Source: an uncultured Nitrososphaerales archaeon (GTDB lineage Archaea; Thermoproteota; Nitrososphaeria; Nitrososphaerales; Nitrososphaeraceae). Taken from it: 64,000 nucleotides of DNA. How positions within the stretch are numbered: the first letter of the stretch is position 1; each line of letters begins with the position of its first letter. The notes under the pieces are model-generated. The model was given only the letters and a program-made list of their open reading frames with translations. It did no database searches and was not told where the DNA came from. The stretch spans positions 32,001 through 96,000 of the forward strand of contig CAVPXM010000073.1 in assembly GCA_963709405.1 (NCBI GenBank), read 5' to 3'. A program made the position numbers and the translations under genes. Below are positions 56,939 to 64,000 of the stretch, piece by piece.

Positions 56939-57695
56939 AAAAATATTAGTATAAAATTATCTCCATCTTCTCAAGATTCAGTAGCATAATAATTGGAACA
57001 AAAATCGGTTACTATTATTCGATCGTTTCTAATTACAACTTATTCTAAATTCTTTTGTGTTCGGTTAATATTTATGTGGAAACATTCTTAATTTGATATT
57101 GTTACTTTTTCATATCCTAAAAAAATGCCGATACATTTTTTCTATTTTCCTATGTACCCAAAGACCTATCGTTAGTCTTGTAGGTCTATTGGCATCGTCT
57201 ATATCTGGACGGTCATAACCTATTGAAAAATGGTCGCTTTCTATAATTTGCTCTTATTTGATACCTCTATTATGATCTAGGACATAAGCTAAAATGTGAC
57301 ACAACTTCGATCATTAAAAAAGATAGATCTTGTGATACTAGCACAATGGAAGTACAACTCAATATCTAGCATTTTTGAGTTTGTTGTTTGTTTGGACTGC
57401 TGATAAAGACATTATTGATTATTAGTTTTTAGTGTTAGATATAGCGATCATTTGAAAGAATGCCCTTTTTTATAAATGTTCTAATTGCTTGTTCACTGGT
57501 TGCAAATAGAAGATAAGATTACCCATGATATTGAAAGTTCCGTCATCTAAAGCTGAAAATATTTAAAATATTGTAAGAAATGCACTTAATCTGACTACCT
57601 TGCATAATAGTGACAACCTTCGATGAATAATTCAGATTAGCATAAGTGATAGTTATATGAGACCCTGATAATATAGACAAAATGGATGATCCACT

Positions 57696-58073
57696 ATGAT
57701 ACGCGGTAATAGACTAATAGTTATTATACTCATGGGAGTACTTTTATCATCAGCAGTTGCTGGTGCTATATCATTTTACAATAGGGCTCCTAGTGCAAAT
57801 ACTGATAATAACAACATACCATTAATAAATGCACGACTCAATAGTGTGGTCAATTTTTGTTTGAAATCATTACCAAAAGGGTATGCGGCTTGTGATAGTG
57901 AATTAAGTCCTGCTGTCAGTAAAATATGTGCGGAACATACTGGCCAACCCATTGATGCGTGCAGTGATGGAAAGGTAGCCCAATATTACAAGATCAGAAG
58001 TAGTGAAATGGCAAAAAATTCTACAATCATAAATGGAAGCAAAAACAAAATCAATAGTACTACAGAATACTAA
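57696..58073 (+). CDS. Exported four-Cys hypothetical protein
   Basis: N-terminal TM, four Cys. Confidence 0.6.
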   Translation: MIRGNRLIVIILMGVLLSSAVAGAISFYNRAPSANTDNNNIPLINARLNSVVNFCLKSLPKGYAACDSELSPAVSKICAEHTGQPIDACSDGKVAQYYKIRSSEMAKNSTIINGSKNKINSTTEY

Positions 58074-58229
58074 AAAGAATAGATTCACATTTACTACCAT
58101 ATGCTATCCATTGGGAATGTTTGATTATGTTTCATCACAAATTCAGACACTCAAAGGATAGCTTTATCCTAATTCATTATAGACATAAAATATGGATCTT
58201 GGAATATGCCCAAGCCTCGGTTAACTAGA

Positions 58230-58863
58230 CTTCTTGATTTCGGTTTGGATGATGATGACGGCTTTTTAATAACTGAATTATCAACCATATCTATTACCAG
58301 TTTAATGTCATGGGTACTAGCAGATGAAATGACCGCCGAAAGCGGTATACCTTCTTTGTCTGTTAAAATGTGTCTTTTTGTGCCCAGTTTGCTCCTGTCC
58401 GTGGGATTATTTCCGGTCATCGCCCCCCTAAAGGCGATTTTATGGATATACTATCGATTGATTGCCATGTCCAGTTGATACCAATGATTTGATCATATAT
58501 TTTCAGTAATCGAACCCATGTCTTTTTGAAAACATCCAGTTTATTCCATTCCTGAAACCTTCTATGGCATGTGGAACCCGATCCATACTCTTTGGGTAGC
58601 ATCTTCCATTGGCACCCAGTTCTAAGGATGTATAAAACTCCATCAAGTACCTTTCTGTATCGTACAATTGGCCGACCCACTGTTTTGAGTGGTTTCTCTC
58701 TGGGTAAAATTACTTTAATCTCATCCCACAATTCATCTGGAATGGTTATGATGGTGCGATTATCCTTTTTATCATCCTCTTTCTCATTCTTCTTCTGGAT
58801 ACAGGCCATACTTTAGCAAAAGCAACATCGAGCTATAATCGTATCGAATTTTGGGATAGGCTC
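58230..58863 (-). mobile_element. Truncated second copy of the two-ORF IS5 element
   Basis: Near-identical to 53723-54356; left IR present, breaks after KPKSR. Confidence 0.93.
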
Positions 58864-59235
58864 TTAGTAATTATGTTGAAATATTGAGTTTCAATATGCC
58901 TACCTTTGAATCAAATTGATCTCGACTATTGTTATTCATTGATGTCCACTTGGCGAACGCGAATTCCTTTCATGGGACAGAAGTGATGGATTCTTAATGT
59001 ATACCTAACCCGCAGTGTACAAACATAACGAGTTTATAAAATTACATGTGGACATGAATTATACATTATTTAAGCTGATATTGATCAATTTATCTAATCA
59101 ATCAGTAATACAATAAGGCATCAGTACAACCATATGGTATTAGTTGTTATCGGATACAAATCGCAAACGTTTGTGCAATAAGGTTAACAATATTATTATT
59201 ATGGATTCATACAACAACTAAAACATGATAATAAC

Positions 59236-59724
59236 TTGTCAAGAGTAAATGAAAAGCAATTATTTTCCAAAATTCTTGTAGGAATAGATGGATCTACGAT
59301 TGCATTAAGGGCGGCAGATTCAGCGATATCGATCGCAAGACAGCAGAATATCTCTTATATAGTCGCACTACATGTATTGCCCCAGGAGATAAGATATGAT
59401 TCTTTGATAGATAGAATCGATCCCGATATCTCTAGCCCAGTGAAAGGTACAATTGAACTAGCTAGTTTGGAAGCACAAGAATGGTTTAATAAAATTAAAG
59501 AAAAACATACAGGACATGATGAACAGAAAATCAAAATACAGACCGAAGTAATTGTTGGTACTAAATTTATAGCGACTGAAATTTTAGGCTACGCAGAAAA
59601 CAATAATGTTGATTTGATTGTGATCGGTACGAAGGGTCGTTCTACATTTAAGAAAATATTACTTGGAAGTGTCGCCTCTTCTGTATTAGCACATGCACAC
59701 TGTCCTGTCATGGTAGTGAAATGA
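59236..59724 (+). CDS. Universal stress protein
   Basis: ILVGIDGS...DLIVIGTKGRS..KKILLGSVA...HCPVMVVK. Confidence 0.95.
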   Translation: MSRVNEKQLFSKILVGIDGSTIALRAADSAISIARQQNISYIVALHVLPQEIRYDSLIDRIDPDISSPVKGTIELASLEAQEWFNKIKEKHTGHDEQKIKIQTEVIVGTKFIATEILGYAENNNVDLIVIGTKGRSTFKKILLGSVASSVLAHAHCPVMVVK

Positions 59725-60271
59725 ACCTACCATGCCGCACTATAAGGTTCAATTTATCCACATGACAGTGACCACTACGATACGATTTGACGTTTATGTA
59801 TTATATATATGTAGTATACGGCTCAGTTAATAAATAGATAATATTGATACCATGAATATTACATGTTCTTATAATCCAAATTTACTTGACTTATAAATTT
59901 GTAAAATATTGAATGCGTTCACAAATTATTACAAATACGTCAAGAATGGGGTCCAGCTATTTCAAGCTAACTTTTCAGGTTGACAAATCCACGATTAATT
60001 GTGTTTCACGCGTTTCACTTTATTATTTTATGATTGACATGAAAAATCGTGATTATGCTCGTTCCGAAAGACTTATTGGGTAAATTGGAATTATTTGTAT
60101 TTGCTACTTGGTGTAGATTGAGATGAGCAGCGTAATGGAAAGCAGTTGAATGTAGGGATATAGTGTTAGCATAGGTTTCAATGAATTGACGATATAACAG
60201 GATAACAAAGAATAATCATATGGGTTCCAGCAATTATTATTAAAATAGACAACACTTAGTTATATTGGACA

Positions 60272-61291
60272 GTGATATGTAGCCCTTTTATCAACTTCTA
60301 TTCATACCTAACATTTTATACTTTTAATCATTCAAATTCAGTAAAATTGAATTATATATTTTTTCACTTAATCTTAACAATAATTATATGTTTGATGCTG
60401 ATTGGTTCGCACATTCTAACTAGTCTACTAGCATATGCACTAGACAACACCATTGCGAAAAAATCGCCGACAAACCTACTAATAAAGTCTAAACCACAGG
60501 GTGTAAAAATTATATACCCTGCACAAGGTCAAAGGGTTTCAAATGACAAAAATCTTACAATAACTGGAATGTCTACGGACAATAGTCATACTAATTGTCA
60601 AGTTTCAATTATTGTAAATAACGTAAGACCATATCAACACGTTATTGCTACCGGACACAATGGTACAAATGATTATTCAACATGGAAATTCCCTCTAAAC
60701 CCTAAATACGCTACACTCAAACCCGGATTAGGTAACAAGGCCACAGCAAAATTAACCTGCTACGACACACGAACCAATCTCACAAAATTTTATAGTGTAA
60801 ATTTCACCAGTAAACCAACTAATATCTCTATCGCACAAACGCAACAATATTCAAAGAATAGTACCAAGATCATTAATGGTAATAAAAAAGTTACAGAGTT
60901 ATCCTCTATCCTTAGAAAACAACAATCTTCTAAACTAGGAAACCCGTCTGTATCATCACCTACTGGTATTCTACCAGCAACCAACAACAAACAGAATGCT
61001 CTAGATAATTTTACAACAAACAAGCGCATTACAGATACTCGAAACGAGGCTTCGCTAAAACCTGAATCTACAGTGACATCAAAGCAGTCTGGTGTGAAAG
61101 GGAATGAGAAGACTAATGATCCTTTTGTCCTCACTTTACCTTCAATTGGAAAGGCATCGCTAAAACCTGAATCTACAGTGACATCAAAGCAGTCTGGTGT
61201 GAAAGGGAATGAGAAGACTAATGATCCTTTTGTCCTCACTTTACCTTCAATCACCAACTATTCATCACCCTCATTTCTTCATAGTAAATAA
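60272..61291 (+). CDS. Exported Ig-like-domain protein with low-complexity tail (start uncertain)
   Basis: TM/signal; VKIIYP..GQRV...ITGMSTDN..TNCQVSIIVN...ATAKLTC. Confidence 0.65.
   Translation: MICSPFINFYSYLTFYTFNHSNSVKLNYIFFHLILTIIICLMLIGSHILTSLLAYALDNTIAKKSPTNLLIKSKPQGVKIIYPAQGQRVSNDKNLTITGMSTDNSHTNCQVSIIVNNVRPYQHVIATGHNGTNDYSTWKFPLNPKYATLKPGLGNKATAKLTCYDTRTNLTKFYSVNFTSKPTNISIAQTQQYSKNSTKIINGNKKVTELSSILRKQQSSKLGNPSVSSPTGILPATNNKQNALDNFTTNKRITDTRNEASLKPESTVTSKQSGVKGNEKTNDPFVLTLPSIGKASLKPESTVTSKQSGVKGNEKTNDPFVLTLPSITNYSSPSFLHSK
61049..61251 (+). repeat. In-frame 105-bp tandem duplication
   Basis: ASLKPESTVTSKQSGVKGNEKTNDPFVLTLPSI twice, starting at 61049 and 61154. Confidence 0.95.
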
Positions 61292-61902
61292 CAATTCGAA
61301 AACCATTTAAAGAATAATGATGCGAATACTCATCATCACAAGAAATCTTTGTCTGAATTTCTGCCTAAAAGTTGAATGATTTCTTAATTTTTAGCAAGTC
61401 ATTTATCTCACCAATATCTAGCTATTTGGGCTGTCCAGTACATTGGATAGATAAAAGAGTTAAATGGAATGACTAAGTATCGAGAGTACCTTTTCATTAG
61501 ATGATTTGTACAGAAATGATTTAGAACTCCTGTAGGGATTTTCTAGATATTTTTATAGGACATTTCACTTTTCGATTCTACATATTAGTATAAAAAGTCG
61601 AAAAATAAACTTCATGGAATGGCCTTCTTTATGCGCGCCTCAATTAAAAAATCAAATGCTTCTGAATTAAGTAAGTTTGCTCCTGTCAACTATAGGACCC
61701 AAAAAAAATCCAATCACTGGAATAAATTTGATCTGACGAAGCAAGTTAAATCAAATCCTTTACCAATAGTACGCAAATTCAAAGTAAGATAACAAATTAT
61801 TTTGAATCTTGAGGTTATATATAATAGACTAATACTGCTAACATAAATTAGTAACACCATATCATACGATTAAATATTAGATATTAGTTAGTAACGACTG
61901 CT

Positions 61903-63031
61903 ATGCAGACAATAACCGCAGAGACATCTGATGCCTACAAGAATTTTATCAACAGTTTAGATAGCGAATACTCACGCCGTAGTTACAGGCGCTCGTTCCC
62001 TCAGTTTATGCGCTTTTGCAAAGTAGACTCATATGAGGCAATGCTGCAAATCCAACCTATCAAAAAACTAGAAGGACTGATACGAGACTACTTTATCCAC
62101 CTACGAGAAGACAGAAAACTTGCACCTGCATCTATAGGCAGCCTACTCTAGCAATTGCCCACTTTTACGAAATGAATGATATCACAATAAATTGGAAAAA
62201 ACTAAAAAAGTTCAAAGGTAAGTTGCGAAGTGTTGTTGAAGATGTTCCCTATACAAGACAGCAGATTAAGACGCTGATAGATAATACCACACTGCGAGAC
62301 CGTTGCATGATTTTAATGATGGCTTCAGCTGGTTTGAGAAGGGGAGCACTACCCAACCTAAGACTAAAAGATTTGCAAAAGATAGAAAATTCGGTCTATA
62401 CAAAATCATAGTCTACAAGAGAGACCAGGAACAGTATACGACATTCTGCAGCCCAGAATGCGCTAGGCTAATCGATCAATACCTGGCATGGAGGGAAAGA
62501 TTAGGTGAAAAACTGCAACCCGAATCTATCCTCTTTCGCAGAGAATTTAATACTACCAGTTTGATGCGAATCTCAAAACCCAGACCATTAGAATCAAATT
62601 CGATAAGCCGTATAATGAGCATCCTATTAGACAAAACTGGTCTAAGGCCACCTACTCAAAACCATAACAAAACTAGTCTGATGGAGTGTCACGGCTTTCG
62701 CAAATTCTTTGACACGCAATGTATAAACCATAACATGAATCCTTTGTATTGTGAATACCTAATGGGTCATAAATCAGGTTTGATAAAATCGTATTTCAAA
62801 CCTACTGACACCGAACTGTTGGAAGGCAATGATAAGAGTGTAGGCTATATTGGTGTAATTCCCTACTTGACAATAAATGCTACAGATGAGGAAAATGAAC
62901 AGTTAAGACGGCAGGTTGAGACTCTTCAAGTAGAAAAAAGTCAGATTGAAGATCTGCAAAAGGAAATGAATGCTATTAGAGAACTTGTAGCCGTTAAGAC
63001 AAAGGCATCAAATACATATCAACAAAAATAA
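61903..63031 (+). CDS. Tyrosine recombinase/integrase, copy 2 (frameshifts near 62138-62150 and 62390)
   Basis: Nearly identical protein to 52164-53292. Confidence 0.9.
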
Positions 63032-63693
63032 CAAAATGATGGTGCTCTAACGAGATTATCTCTCTATAAAACAATTACTGTCTACAACTCTTTAAGTCAT
63101 TTTCTGGCAGTGGCAGGGAATCTACTTGATTCTCAGGACTTTAAGAAAGGAAGGAAAGCAGACACACAAAAATGACTCTACAATCATCTTATACTTTTGT
63201 CTAATTATGGCACATATTTCTCATTATGAGCTAAATTGTAAGCTTCTACTACTATTTGCTCATCTAGCAAAACATAAGCACAATAACACGACTATCTAGG
63301 TTACTTTTTTCTTAGGATTAGGTGATTTGTCATTCTTGGTTGAATCTTTGCTCTGCTCACCACATGGCTGTAAATTCGGCTATCTCAAATGATAAAAAAA
63401 TCATCCGAGTCGTCCATGGCTTTTTGGGTTAGGTGATACCTACCTTTAGAATCACGTTCTATGTATTTCCATTGAAGAAAGTATCTAAGATACTTGGCTT
63501 CAGTCTTGCTAGTAACAACCTATCATTCGCTGTATTTCATTGAAACCGATACCTAGAGGTCCATTCCTTTCGATGATTGTTTTCCATGTGCTCCACCAAG
63601 CTAAACGGTTCTCATAGTTAGTTCTATACGAAATGCTTTACCACCCGATTTGTTAAATAGTATGAACGTCGGCTTAATAAACTCAATTAATAA

Positions 63694-63864
63694 ATGACAC
63701 AAAAGGAAAGGTGTTTAATCGTAATTTCAAAACGCAATTACGATCGGCTACGAAATCAAGGTATAGTAACGGACTCATTTGATTCCGTTATAACTAACCT
63801 CCTTGAACAAGCCGAATCAAGTCATAGCGCCAAGTCAGCAAACGGAGATGCAAAAGACTCCTGA
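63694..63864 (+). CDS. 56-aa RHH/antitoxin-like protein, copy 2
   Basis: Same ORF as 51327-51497. Confidence 0.7.
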   Translation: MTQKERCLIVISKRNYDRLRNQGIVTDSFDSVITNLLEQAESSHSAKSANGDAKDS

Positions 63865-64000
63865 ATAATCTGCCCTCCATAGAGTTAAATTTTTCTAAGA
63901 TCATTTTAAGAGTCATTAGGGAACATCTGGAAGAGAGTAATTGCAAGCATTCCATTCTTCAGATCCCGCCGAAGCGGATCGCGAAGCGGGTAAAGCAACT

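Larger units (their letters stand above)
61474..64000 (+). mobile_element. Integrative element copy 2, inverted repeat of 51190-53722, running off the window
   Basis: Reverse-complement near-identity over ~2.5 kb. Confidence 0.93.

Noticed and set aside
1-64000. CRISPR array, rRNA or tRNA genes
   Set aside because: No regularly spaced repeat-spacer array or cloverleaf/rRNA-like stretch seen by eye; tRNAscan-SE and a CRISPR finder would confirm.

Overview
AT-rich archaeal DNA whose gene content (orphan tyrosine integrases, USPs, PQQ/GSDH dehydrogenases, small Zn-finger proteins, TrmB-like sensor fragments) points to a soil ammonia-oxidising archaeon (Nitrososphaeraceae-like; an inference, not a search result). 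The window is a mosaic accessory region. It holds: (i) a degraded integrative element at ~3.3-9.3 kb with a putative Rep gene split by an IS481; (ii) a ppx + tandem thymidylate-kinase-like polyphosphate operon, with sixA 27 kb away; (iii) a heavy-metal/redox island at ~25.8-34.7 kb with a P1B-ATPase, an ArsR remnant, HxlR, a YnfA pair, DsbA and three Cys-rich 44-aa microproteins that the ORF track misses; (iv) an integrase + SF3-helicase element at ~48.7-53.7 kb whose end is repeated in inverted orientation at 61.5-64 kb; (v) seven IS copies (IS481, IS5/IS903 group, two IS6, two two-ORF IS5, IS1595). Many genes carry single frameshifts, some probably assembly errors. I found no rRNA, tRNA or CRISPR array. 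The best candidate for an undescribed system is the metallothionein-like microprotein trio with the adjacent atypical P1B-ATPase.
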